Below are positions 41,301 to 50,900 of a stretch of 64,000 nt of DNA, one piece after another. The stretch is taken from positions 124,001 through 188,000 of the IMG/VR virus record IMGVR_UViG_3300045973_000169; one strand, given 5' to 3'. A program made the translations under genes and the position numbers. The notes beneath the pieces are model-generated. The model had not been told where the DNA came from, did no database searches, and saw only the letters and a program-made list of their open reading frames with translations. Every line of letters starts with the position of its first letter. Positions within the stretch are counted from its first letter, which is position 1.

Positions 41301-42917
41301 AATCATAAAATTATATGGATGAACTGATTCTTCTAAGTCAAATGTAGGATCAAATGCAGAGTCATCATCTTTTTTAGACTTCATTCTTATTACATCTCTT
41401 ACTTTAGCCATATCACCAAGAGTAGTAACTGCTTGGATTTCTTCATGATATCTAATATACTGTATCTTTTCAGAAGAGTTATTATGGAAGTAAGGCATAG
41501 GATTAAATAGAGACATCTCAAGACTACAACCAATACATCCTGGGTGTCCTTCTATTGTATAAAGAGTATAAGTATCCATAGTAACAGGGACACAGTATCC
41601 TGATAATGATTCATGTCCACTGCCATATTGAGTAGCAAGGAACTTATTCTCTTTGCTTAGTTTATGAAATATATCTTTAGATCTTATGATATTAATTGGT
41701 ACATATTTGAACTGTTGTAAGATCCTAAATAGATTATCATTTATTCCATGTTCGCCTTGGAATATTAAGTTAAGTTTTATAATTGTTCTGTTAGTGATAG
41801 AAGTCATTTGTGGTCTTGACTCCATACCTAATAGTGGAACATTTTGCGATGATCTTAACTGAGATATAAGTAAATGAGTTGGAGGAATATCAAGCCATAC
41901 ATCACCAATCTTAACCTTGTCAGCATTATCAGGATTACTTAAGTCATATTGTGTCTGCCCTCTCTTCTTGTTGAAGATAGGTTTTAGTTGAGATAGGTGA
42001 TTATAAAGTAAGTCAGACATATTTGTTTTAGCATCTTCGAATGCTTTAACTCTTGTCTGTACTTCTTGTGTATGAACTCCAAACCCTTTTTGCCCTGCAC
42101 ATTCTTGTGCTCTACGGAATGCATCTTGAGTCATGGAACTATCCCTGTCAGGGTTATTCCAGTTAACATGGTGCATAAGCACAGCACCAGTTTTAACCTG
42201 TAGAGCTTCCAAGTCAATCGCAGGGTTACCAAGGCCAAAGTCGATTTTATAACTTTGTACAGGACGTGGACCTATATCGTCATAGCCTAAATCACTAGGA
42301 ATAATTTTAGGGTATCCATTAGGATATACATCATTAGTGTTTCTTAGTGCCTGAGCATTAAGTAACATTTTCTCTGTAATTCTAGCTTGTATATTAGAAT
42401 AAGGATCAGACTGTCTAATGATTAGATAATCTTTATCACCTTCATGTCCAGCTTCATAATAGTATTCATTTTCATCACCCATTAAGGCTTTACTATTCTT
42501 ATAAGCTTTCCCTGTCTCAAAGGCATCGATTTTTCTTAAACGACCTTCATCAAAACGAGTTATTCTACCAGTAGAATCTTTTACACCACCAGGAGAGTCA
42601 CCGTCCTTAATCCATATCATTTCTTTTACTGCCTGTCCTTGCTCATTAACAATATCTCTGTCTAATGTAATAAGAGGAATATTAAACTTATTATCATAAG
42701 TAGGAAGATAGTTATCACCATAAGCTAATACAGGATCACTAATTCTAGGGTCACCAAATCTTTGGATAGCATCAAATTCACTTTTTTTATTATCTTTTAG
42801 ATTGGCTAACTTTTTATCATAATCATCAAAGTTAAACCCAAGTTTTTCTTTATCAAAAAATGGGATATTACTTATCAGTAAAAGTTCTTCTGTAGAAAGT
42901 CCATCGCAAGCTGACAT
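35316..42917 (-). CDS. Giant baseplate hub protein: N-terminal thermonuclease-like domain, hub domain, C-terminal lytic transglycosylase (SLT)
   Basis: SLT: IQRESGWNPKA, RGLMQIN, FDPKTNIDYGVKYL, AYNAG. Hub: GMRICVKLGY...VFIGTIT...IEGRG and GTLILRGNSKIEPYD...VETVIHKF...GFTT. SNase: DGD...RL..IDA.E. Confidence 0.8.
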   Translation of the reverse strand: MSACDGLSTEELLLISNIPFFDKEKLGFNFDDYDKKLANLKDNKKSEFDAIQRFGDPRISDPVLAYGDNYLPTYDNKFNIPLITLDRDIVNEQGQAVKEMIWIKDGDSPGGVKDSTGRITRFDEGRLRKIDAFETGKAYKNSKALMGDENEYYYEAGHEGDKDYLIIRQSDPYSNIQARITEKMLLNAQALRNTNDVYPNGYPKIIPSDLGYDDIGPRPVQSYKIDFGLGNPAIDLEALQVKTGAVLMHHVNWNNPDRDSSMTQDAFRRAQECAGQKGFGVHTQEVQTRVKAFEDAKTNMSDLLYNHLSQLKPIFNKKRGQTQYDLSNPDNADKVKIGDVWLDIPPTHLLISQLRSSQNVPLLGMESRPQMTSITNRTIIKLNLIFQGEHGINDNLFRILQQFKYVPINIIRSKDIFHKLSKENKFLATQYGSGHESLSGYCVPVTMDTYTLYTIEGHPGCIGCSLEMSLFNPMPYFHNNSSEKIQYIRYHEEIQAVTTLGDMAKVRDVIRMKSKKDDDSAFDPTFDLEESVHPYNFMIEHEKQLHAYNVNHNAPSEINIFKIDNPFSDKHWELMQQSAGKRFTENDCIQLIAASSITENAHSVSLSYSNNFAWTPVLEHAIPTAQFIGPGETQVSVNFKTTDIEAVRQVLRSYKESITPDRFGNFENRFLVQTPILDLADANILTIQNLVVSSVDGKPHLSDVNLIFSKTIFESIARADNDPVKFDNYWGLKRITHLLDMPEYQDMAKDMEKLERKDSMLYKVRNSASVDIDGLSQRFAADLNKALDEISKTKGMQTTETPKSFYESRDSVTQNVNGQHAVDRLQWKQAKLAESISNSADGIDGAFVNNVVSNFNALQKKWEAEHPGLVYSAPGEVQIELDLTSLVVKSESDKGRLKKVLSNFNTYYMLVNGYVATFDLNGISLGELEFLKGEFLKRGFKVGGDSKQLSVSKMPADVNALTKETVTSTAVLDKVITEKMREKIKVDLQAGVLLAKPYAAHRWFNRVDNFISYNKMFSNSVGYWYSQNRLRMMGDEVSTLKTEMDFIGDYMTDTDAYKTVYIKDTWRGLQEEMIGKENSCLNIGRTLAIPSMRKDTTSFASDSRNPINDKSGNRAGLFYPILKNDGQPVTKDFALNKFSTCMFNEHHFKGDPAIVKYMKESFAGNVNSLKNPYDPTDVFDNNMGSRISSVYDDNGRSMGVLTSDGILHKPSATSMKNLHAPLSNQKVNEKQEDYAKKFLSAQICHKTISSKPGGVTGASYKDVNAPDVTPSVKPKSVTPSISNEKQWAKLEEKKILLAMHESVNDTKLWKENNAKLIALRAKYNTTGISDTLPANYIETAGEEIDESTENYLLQQVYNSEAITIGIQNAYPTYKIYIIHDNLTDYKYKALDDYWDFRLLQDLMVIRDRNNPAHILKCRVVVDPRKTTTSAMYDSRYGYKGVNQVTGQPQMITETRNQDDESKINTEEMYSFMGGRSPLRQGMRICVKLGYHSDPRYLDTVFIGTITNLSAAGMGMYEIEGRGDGRELATPSSIQNSSLSGSNFSDLISQMLRSNPSIIHFGRMFGSHIEQFSRRNKNLMNFIMSRANITGLIGTGTSALVTGGTFAGAAAIGMIGASPLAAAAVGTSVGALAYASFGAEGDYGRKMIEAGKMTLFRESCKGNERFSTTFSNLYGRLRGDLFNADKATTQLFRHMADTLENGHNPIDANIFAFDIWASASGSNVTLKANNQRTVWDVLRDIQRIYPGYALDVRPYGSRSTLFLGDPDFHYFRTDDPLLAMAPSFIERSDATRESGNNNDRYRKAIMDYSPRRDTLGNIDPETLSTGILPMVPFQKHHIATSWDNIIYNGVRATPERGWNSVVISKSSDGSGKPEEYVANADIFNHALRRKFAVIDWTNDERLSQQYALGLLKEGVERLYGGTLILRGNSKIEPYDKIYICDKVSKMYGWVQVETVIHKFDSEMGFTTHIVPNMVCKINDTAYSTAGDLRRKYIIGKVSNYWNERGAAGLAIDATSLVLGATTGPWTSLGFSLVANGLLEANKHFAQARENETFVNKYNGLPTDTLDALNKFNWAENVVEWKYSVYADTALAYAGKTAAVVGSSGAKRGLVAAGNSVVQSGRYVFSDVFAGAVKTVFRRITPGEYLSNLMPKKVPDFLNRWATQTADYTRELKAAAVDAALAAETIVDKQVIASMEKILAKKETAWKDLSKSQKDLLKDTKINVNTEKEYEVLLNKMKPKGLFGGKYSAGTKAVGSKLIEGGKKLLGGPLARNVSMLLALSVVMELPSIVEMFAIEAATKGNIVVISPIWFKDSMLMPGLEGYRNNDMWMHMKGMVINAKDAFNEAYSSLSDYEPVKLAADILDPGIQFTGNAFASTPSGSMKLKSYSITEEIVRQDSMFNQLKPMVDEALSKLNGTKKYILEPEVVYGLIQRESGWNPKAIGVQDKNDRGLMQINGKAHPSMDGTHGKDPFDPKTNIDYGVKYLFDLIQTENGDVSRAVSAYNAGHGPQFMKNTDHINAVLSYYWQFKKELGKV

Positions 42918-42920
42918 TAA

Positions 42921-45900
42921 TTAACCTCTGTATTGGTGCATATCTGATTTATAAGGATCAGTCCCATCCGAACGAACAGAGACTGTATTGTTAAGTCGTC
43001 CACCGAAAGCAGCGGAGATAGATGAAATTGAATCATTATGGTTTTCTCGTCTGTCTGTTAATAAACCCATGTGCATATTATTCCCCATAGATGATCCCAT
43101 CTGTCTTGGTGTTCCCATATATCCTCTATGTGAATCTCCAAATGATGGATTAGATACAGAAGGAAGATCATTTATATCTTCTGGAGTCCCATCCCCACCA
43201 AGTACATTTAGTGCAGTCATTGCAACTAAACCTGCTCCAAGAGCAAGTCCAACTTTCCCTGGAGTAATTTTACCCATAAGATTTCTTACTTGCTCTGCTC
43301 CATAAATTTCTCTCTTAGATATCCCTTTTACAATAGATCCATGTAGTTCAGGATTAATAAATGACTCATGACCTAAGTGTCTCTGTAAGTTTGAGTCTCC
43401 AAGAAGACCTTTAAAGAATCCTTCTTCGCTATCTCTATGTTGTCTTATAACTGCATCATAGCTTTCAGAAGCAGAGAAGTGACCTGTCTTCTTTAGGTCT
43501 TCTATAAAGTCGAAATAACTATGAGATGTAGTATATCCCATATTCTTAAAAGCTTCGGTTTCATTTGTGAATGTCATTCCTTTTGTCTTCTCTACATAAG
43601 CAGCAGCTCTAGTCTTAGCTAGTTCTGGAGTAAACCCTGGAAGTAACTTTAATGCATTCTCTACCTCAGTTGCTCCTTCACGCTTAAACATTGTATGTAT
43701 ATTAGTTAATGTTTCGAATTCTTTCTTAACGTTATTCTTTGACCCTTCACGTAAGAAAGCAGGAACTTCACCATTCCTATTCTGTACTGCATTTAATGTA
43801 TTGTATAGATGTAATGCACCAACTTCACCTTGTAACTCTGCAAACCCAGTTAGAGCTTTCTCTTTAGTTAGCTCTCCCATGTTGGCAACCATGTGATCTA
43901 TTTTGTTGGTTACACCAAGCATCTTCTCTACGTGCTTTGAAGATATAGACCCCTGGACAATTTCTTTAGCAGGGATATCTATTGCATGAATCATTGCATT
44001 CATCTGTTGTTCTTCAGATAGAGATGAATTTCCAATAATCTTGCTCATCATTGCATTAGTCATCTCTTTGGTTCTTACATGCGCTGAACCAGTAGTTCGT
44101 TTAGTTAACCAAGCTGCAGTAACAGATTCTTTTTCAGAATATGCCATAGCCTTAGTCAAATCATCTAATCTGTCTGCATGTGGGAGGAAGTAATTCTTAG
44201 ATTCATTATTGAAAATAGCCTGTAATGAATTCTTCTTATTTTCTTTTATCGCATTGATAACATCATGTGACATGCTTTGTTCTTTTAAGATTCTATCATA
44301 TACATTAGATCTGTTTTGAGTATGGAATAAGAATTTAGCAAATGCAATATCACCGTCATTATCAGCATTCATTAATGTTCTTAGGCGATGTCCGAATGCT
44401 ATAAACTTACCACCTTCGACATATCCTTTATCTGTAGCAAATGTGAAAGATAAAGCTTTAGAAGAAGAATAGATATTAGGGAAACGGTCTACAAATGTAG
44501 ACTGTCCCGCTCTCTCTATTAATGAAGCTGCTTTATCATGTTGTCCACTTTGGACTAACGAATGTAATAAGTCATAATCTTTAACAGATTGTTGAGCTAT
44601 ACTATGACCTACTTGTTTAAATTTATCTCCTGAAGCTATATCAGCATAATGCTTTTCGAATATATTCCCTTTACCAAATCTATCTTCTAAGAAAGAACTA
44701 ATTGTTTTATTATTATCCTTAGCTGTTATATATGATTTCTGTAATTCATCAGCGATAGAAGATGCATATGTTTCTTTGTCAATTACAGTAGTGTTACCAA
44801 ATAGATGGTCTAGCTTAGATCCTTCTTCAATACTGCCAATTAATTCTTTATTATTAATAAGATGAGTATCGGCAAATACTTTATCTAGTGAAGCTCCCTC
44901 AACTTGGAAAGCGCCTCTTCTTAAGTATCCTTCTTTAGATGCCATATTACCAGTCGCTCTAATATCAATTAGCTTCTGATAGTTACTACTGCTAATCACT
45001 CCACCATTATTCTTTGCATCAACTAATATCTGTGTTTCTAATCTAACATCTCTAGAAACAGCTAACCTTTCTTCGTCATCTAAGTATTGTGACTTCTGAT
45101 AAAAATCTCCAGATCCGAAATAAGCTAATCTCCCATCTTCAGTTGCAACACCAAATCCTTTGGCATTAACATCTGGGTTAAGAAATGATTTAGTCATTAA
45201 ATAAGGATCATCTATATTGCCGCCTTTGATTATCTTACCATCGGCAAGCATCTCTTCAAGCCCTTCTTTATTCAGGACTTTAACTCCAGTCTTCTCCATC
45301 TGTCCAGCTAACTTAGGATCTTTCATGAAGTTCATATACATCTGACCTTCAGATAGAATCTTCCTTGAATCAGTTAAACTACTTCCTGCAAGCTCTTCCA
45401 TTACTTTACTTGGAAGCAGATATGGCATATCATTGACACCCATTCTATAAACATTATGTCCTATCCCTTGAGTATATAAACTCTCTTGAGGAAATATAGT
45501 TGACATGATATGGAACTGATTTATATTCTTAGTTTTATCACCAAGGCTCTGTAAATGATCTGTCATTAAATCAGCAGCATCATTATAAGAGATATCTTGT
45601 GAGCCGCCTCTCATATGTCCTAGTAATCTAGTCATTAAGTTTATCTGTTCTTTCATCGGGCCAGCCCCTTGGTCGAACTGTAATCTCCCTTGTCGTGCTA
45701 GCTGAGTAAGATTCCCAGTAAATCCTCCTACATATTTAGATAAACTTTTTGTAAGGTTCTCATTTAATACAACATCTTTTTCTGCAGCATAAGCGTGTCC
45801 AGCTACCATTGACTGTAATGTAGTTAACATACTCCCTGCGCCTTTACCTGCAATTATACCATCAATCCCATCTTTACCTATAGATGAAGGAAATACTTTC

Positions 45901-47900
45901 TTGAAGAAATCGAGAGACATATCGAAACTAACATTCTTGCCATACAGAGCAGCTGTTTCTTGTGGCATTAATTGAGCAGCACTTCTTAGATCATGATAAG
46001 TTCCTACTTTAGTAAGGGCCTCAACACTTTGACCATAGAATGTTTTCTCAATTGTTCCTTCTCCGAATCCTCTTAATGTTCTTGCAATATCTTCTTTAGT
46101 CTGGATAACCTTAGTATTTGTTGTAACTAAACCATTAGAATGAGACATAGCTCTATCATATGAAGCAGCAGTATCTATCTGATTATTGGCAGTACCTAAC
46201 CCAACTACAGTCCCAGGTCTTAGTTCGATCCTTTCAACTTGGCTTAATGTTTTTGTATCATTATATAGGTCAAATAGAGTCTTATCACTGTGTGATTCTC
46301 CACCGATTATATATGTAGGATTCATTAATTTAGTCATAGCCTGTTTTTCACTTGGTAATCCACCCCAAGTATATCCAGTCTTTGCTTTCATCTCTATGGC
46401 TCTAGAAACCCTCATATTATCTTTTAAACCAGGGGCGAATTGGATAACCTCTTCTGTATGTGGATTTATTACCCCTAGCATTGTTGCATGCCCTTGGTCA
46501 TAAACCTGTCCATAAGCTAAAGGATTAGTCCCTTGAGCTAAATGACTCCAAACTAAAGGTAGGTTCTTATCAATATTTTCACCAAAACGTCCATGGAATT
46601 TAAAGTCTTTCATAGATTTGAGTGAGTCGATACCATTCCCTTTAGTCATGGTTGGGAAGAATGTAGATGTCCACATAGCCCCTTGACTCTGAGAAACATT
46701 ATATCCAATGAATTCATTTATCTGTTGTTGTATTGGAGAATGGATACCTCTAAATTTATTATTAGCATTACCTCTTGCTACTTCATTCATTCCAGCTACT
46801 GCATTAATGGCTTCTGGTTCTATTGAGTGTAGACTATTTAATGAAACATTAGACTCCATCGCTCCCCTAAGTCCAGCATTTTCCATTTCATGTAAACCAT
46901 AGATATCATTCTTTACTGTACGCCCTAACCTTTGGATCTTCGCCGGTGAGTTCCCTTCTGCCCACAATAGATGACTGCTAAGGTTTTTAAATAGTTGTTT
47001 GATGCCATGCATCTCATGGAAATCTTTAACTATTCTTTCAGCATTAGTCTTGCTCTCAATCATCTTTACATGAGCAGCAGCATCTTTCCCTTTAGTCCCT
47101 TTTCTTATAATATCATCATAATGGAGAACATCTCTTACATCTCTGGCATTCCCAGAGTTAGCTGTAATTAATGCTTTCTGATTATTAGAAATCATATCTA
47201 AGACATATTCATTATAAGACATGAATTCAGATCCAACTACATTCTTACCTTCAAGTGTTGGTCTCCTAAAGTAAGGAGCCACATAATGTGCTCCTTCTTT
47301 ATTTCTTACAATCCAAGCTCCAGTCTCTTCGTCGAATTTTGCTAAAGGAACTTCTACGCTATGATTACCTATCTTTACACTTAAAGATGTACTAGCTCCA
47401 ACAGCATCTTCTCTCGTAGCTGTAATCCCTAGTTTCTTTAAGTTTTCTAATACCTTAGACTGGACATCTACATTATCAATAGAATAGACACCTTTGTTTA
47501 GGTTAACTCCATGGACAGTAGATCCATTAGAGAATCTTGCTATTTCTTCAGCGGTTATATCAATTCCAGTCTCTTTGAGTCCAACACTGTTTATGCTATT
47601 AATCTTCTCAATCATAGAAGTGTCTCTATGAGCATAAGTAGCTTTCTTCATCTCCATCCCACGCTTTAAGCCTGTGTCTATAGAGTCTGCTATATTAGAT
47701 ATACGTCTCTGTAATGGGGTTTGACTTGGGTTAGTTAATGGCATAACCTTATCTAATATATTAGTTAGTTGCCCACCTAACCAACCTTCTGGCTCTCTAT
47801 TAACTTTATATAAAGTATATGCTGAAGCACCTAGTATCCCAGTCATCCCTATCTTCGGGACGATTGAATCATTGTATTGTTCATAAGGTCTATTAGACAT
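42921..47900 (-). CDS. Putative single-chain two-barrel (beta/beta'-like) virion RNA polymerase
   Basis: NADNDGD (aa 1178-1184) preceded by DRFP (R1139) and KEGYLR (K989); Q-x6-H (Q1316); upstream beta-like KDNMRVS and K-x4-H-x2-R (K631). Confidence 0.72.
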   Translation of the reverse strand: MSNRPYEQYNDSIVPKIGMTGILGASAYTLYKVNREPEGWLGGQLTNILDKVMPLTNPSQTPLQRRISNIADSIDTGLKRGMEMKKATYAHRDTSMIEKINSINSVGLKETGIDITAEEIARFSNGSTVHGVNLNKGVYSIDNVDVQSKVLENLKKLGITATREDAVGASTSLSVKIGNHSVEVPLAKFDEETGAWIVRNKEGAHYVAPYFRRPTLEGKNVVGSEFMSYNEYVLDMISNNQKALITANSGNARDVRDVLHYDDIIRKGTKGKDAAAHVKMIESKTNAERIVKDFHEMHGIKQLFKNLSSHLLWAEGNSPAKIQRLGRTVKNDIYGLHEMENAGLRGAMESNVSLNSLHSIEPEAINAVAGMNEVARGNANNKFRGIHSPIQQQINEFIGYNVSQSQGAMWTSTFFPTMTKGNGIDSLKSMKDFKFHGRFGENIDKNLPLVWSHLAQGTNPLAYGQVYDQGHATMLGVINPHTEEVIQFAPGLKDNMRVSRAIEMKAKTGYTWGGLPSEKQAMTKLMNPTYIIGGESHSDKTLFDLYNDTKTLSQVERIELRPGTVVGLGTANNQIDTAASYDRAMSHSNGLVTTNTKVIQTKEDIARTLRGFGEGTIEKTFYGQSVEALTKVGTYHDLRSAAQLMPQETAALYGKNVSFDMSLDFFKKVFPSSIGKDGIDGIIAGKGAGSMLTTLQSMVAGHAYAAEKDVVLNENLTKSLSKYVGGFTGNLTQLARQGRLQFDQGAGPMKEQINLMTRLLGHMRGGSQDISYNDAADLMTDHLQSLGDKTKNINQFHIMSTIFPQESLYTQGIGHNVYRMGVNDMPYLLPSKVMEELAGSSLTDSRKILSEGQMYMNFMKDPKLAGQMEKTGVKVLNKEGLEEMLADGKIIKGGNIDDPYLMTKSFLNPDVNAKGFGVATEDGRLAYFGSGDFYQKSQYLDDEERLAVSRDVRLETQILVDAKNNGGVISSSNYQKLIDIRATGNMASKEGYLRRGAFQVEGASLDKVFADTHLINNKELIGSIEEGSKLDHLFGNTTVIDKETYASSIADELQKSYITAKDNNKTISSFLEDRFGKGNIFEKHYADIASGDKFKQVGHSIAQQSVKDYDLLHSLVQSGQHDKAASLIERAGQSTFVDRFPNIYSSSKALSFTFATDKGYVEGGKFIAFGHRLRTLMNADNDGDIAFAKFLFHTQNRSNVYDRILKEQSMSHDVINAIKENKKNSLQAIFNNESKNYFLPHADRLDDLTKAMAYSEKESVTAAWLTKRTTGSAHVRTKEMTNAMMSKIIGNSSLSEEQQMNAMIHAIDIPAKEIVQGSISSKHVEKMLGVTNKIDHMVANMGELTKEKALTGFAELQGEVGALHLYNTLNAVQNRNGEVPAFLREGSKNNVKKEFETLTNIHTMFKREGATEVENALKLLPGFTPELAKTRAAAYVEKTKGMTFTNETEAFKNMGYTTSHSYFDFIEDLKKTGHFSASESYDAVIRQHRDSEEGFFKGLLGDSNLQRHLGHESFINPELHGSIVKGISKREIYGAEQVRNLMGKITPGKVGLALGAGLVAMTALNVLGGDGTPEDINDLPSVSNPSFGDSHRGYMGTPRQMGSSMGNNMHMGLLTDRRENHNDSISSISAAFGGRLNNTVSVRSDGTDPYKSDMHQYRG

Positions 47901-47902
47901 TG

Positions 47903-50900
47903 TTAATACCCATAACTAAACTGTGAGTGGATTAGATCACCATATTGAGACTGTGATCTTTGTAAGTAATCTGCATGTCCATTTGTTTCGATATCTATAC
48001 TTGTCATAGTATTCGGTGACATGGTTGGGAACATCTGTATATTTGAAGCTCTATCATCTTGTATTATATATGAAACTATTCTGTTAATAGTTGAATTTGT
48101 TGTTGATCCTGCTGACTTTAATTGGTGTGATGCTAAATTAGCACCATGATCAAATACTGCTTCTCTCAATTTATTATCAAAGAAACCATAATCTTGTATA
48201 TTCTCTCCACCTTCTTTAAGTGCTAATAACTCTACATTTTCAATATTAACATCAGGGGAATAGCCTATCCAATCTTCTTTAGGCATATCATGAGACTTCA
48301 TATATTCTCTTACATACCTAGCTCTTATCCAATCAGCTTTATTAGCATTTCCTCCAGTTTCATTCATATACATCTTACTCTCTTGACCTGACATTCCCCA
48401 ACCTTCGGTTTCCTGTAGGTTCATATAAGCTTGTTGTACATTTATATCATCTGAAGATTCAGCTAACTTCTTGCTCCATATTGCATTGTATAATCTTCTA
48501 GCACCTCTAGGGATATACTTCATGATCTTCCCGCGTTTCTTTGGGTCAGGCTCATTAGCAAATCTAGAGTAATAAGCTCTTTCATTTTCAGGCAAAGCAG
48601 CTAATTCATCTCTTGTATTATCATCAGTTGGGTCAGCCCCTATCATTGTAGAACGCCACATATTATGATAGTAAGTTGCATCTTCTTCATTGCCAGTTTT
48701 AGATGCTTGTACTGCTAACATCTTATATTTGACATATTTAAGAATATCCCAATACTCTTGGTTTTGTCTTCTTTCAACAGTGAATCCTGGTAGGTGATCT
48801 ACACCAAACCATTGGTGCATAAAAGAAGATATAGCAGGAGCCAATAGATGTTGGATAGGGTGTGACCATAACTTAACTTCACGGTTAAATACTTGGTTAG
48901 TTAAGTAATTATCTAAATAGTCTTTTTTAGGGATTAACTTATTAGCCCAGAAGGTCTGGTCATTAGAAATAGTCCCCCAGTATTTAGCCATTGCTCTCCC
49001 AGCATATCCAACTTCATCCTGTTGCATATTGAATTCTGAAAGATTTCCAGTATTAGTTCTTGCTGCTCCTGCTTCTATTAGATCTGAACTAAGATCTCCT
49101 ATTAATGCTTCAGTCCCAGATTCAGAATTATTCATCTGATCTGCAGATGGAGCTTGAAAAGAAATACTCTGACCAATGCCAATACGTGATGCTATAATTT
49201 GTGATGTCCTTGCTCTTGCCTCTTCTGCTGCTCTTGCTAATTCTGATGTTGAACTAAACTTTTCTTTTAATAGTAAATTAGCTCTTATATCCGCTTCTGA
49301 GGTTGAAACACCAGCGATCCTATAGCGAGTATCATCACCTTCAAGAGTAAAGCTTCCTGACTCATCTACGGAGCTTACAGTGCCATTAACTGTATCAGTA
49401 TTTAGTCTATAGTCGTACTCTGATTTAGATGTATAAAGTTTATCTTTGAGTTGTCTTACTTGGTCTAATGTTTCATAGAATCTTTGCTCATCGCCTAAAG
49501 ATAATTGGTCTTGTAATGTTTGATGCATTACTTTATGAGATTGATTTCTAAACTCTTGTGTAAATGGAGCTATGGACTGTAATATCTCTAGCTTTTCAGG
49601 ATCAGGATATTGTTCTAGTTCTTTCCCTTTTAATTCTGGGTAAAGATTCTCCCAACCTTTTCTTGTAGAATATAACCATCCTAAAGGAGTATTATCAAAT
49701 GTAGTCCCATGAGTTACATCATTAGTATATCTTTTAAATGCATCTTTCTTAGTGCTTTCTTGAGGGATCCAAGATACACCATTAAGTTCATTTGGTAAGT
49801 CATTGATTTTCCAATCCTTCATAGGATATGGGAATATACGTCTTAAGAATTCTCCACCTACTCCAGAAATATCTCCTAGCTTCCATCCCCACATCTGTTG
49901 AGCTGGGTTATAGAACTCTCCTGCATTTTCTTTATAAGGAACAAACTGATCTGTAGATTCACCAGTTATATATTGTTTCGCAGTCTCATATGCGAATCCA
50001 GTGAAACCAATTAAGTCATGGTATTGTCTAGACCATCTATCCATAAGATCTTTATTAGATCCTTCTGACTGCATCCCAATAGCTCTAGCTAATTCCATAT
50101 TAGATGCACCAGCGCCCCTCATCCCAATTGTAGTAGGAGTATAAGGTTGAGGTTGTGTCCCTTGACTAGTTAGTTCATGATATACTCTAGTTGGTTTAAT
50201 TAAACGTCCTATTGTTGCTGCTATAGGTTGACCAATTAAAGGGATGTTTGCCCCAAGTGGAGCTGACTCATATACTGGCTGATCTAACTTATGATAATTC
50301 TCTAAGATGTATGGTTTATATAATCCAAATGTTGCATTATGTAAAGCTCTCTCCCAATAGTTAGGATATACAACTCCTCTATTCTCATAGTCAGATTCAA
50401 TTACACTAAACATATGCTTTCTAAATTGGATAGGAGTTCCACCCTCATAAGGAGAAGAAGACAATAACCAACCTCTATACTTACGAACTGCTACTTCCTT
50501 ATCACCAGCATACTCAGCTTTTCTTTCTTGATATGTTTTATTAGAACCTAAAACCCCAGGGAGAAATGGTAACATTGGTACCATCATAGCTGCGAAAATA
50601 GCCTTCTTAGGATTTCTTAGTGCCCAACCTGCATATCTTTCAAAGTGAGTTTTAGTTAAAGCACCAGCATAAGCTTCTGTTCTTAGAGCATTTTTTATGA
50701 AACTATTCTTACCGAACCTAGTCCCAACATTTCTTAGATATTGCTTTATACCAACTGGGCCTTTATTGTAAAGGTATTCTCCAATTTTAAAGAATGAAGT
50801 TGCTGTTAGTGCAGGAGCTAATATGCCTAACCTAGTAGATCCTGGAGCCACTTTTTCTTGCTTCTTTGTCAGTCTTGTGAATCCAGTTATATCTGATATC

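Noticed and set aside
47901-47910. GGTATTAACA as another copy of the intergenic motif
   Set aside because: One mismatch, and fully explained by the last codons and stop of the upstream gene.
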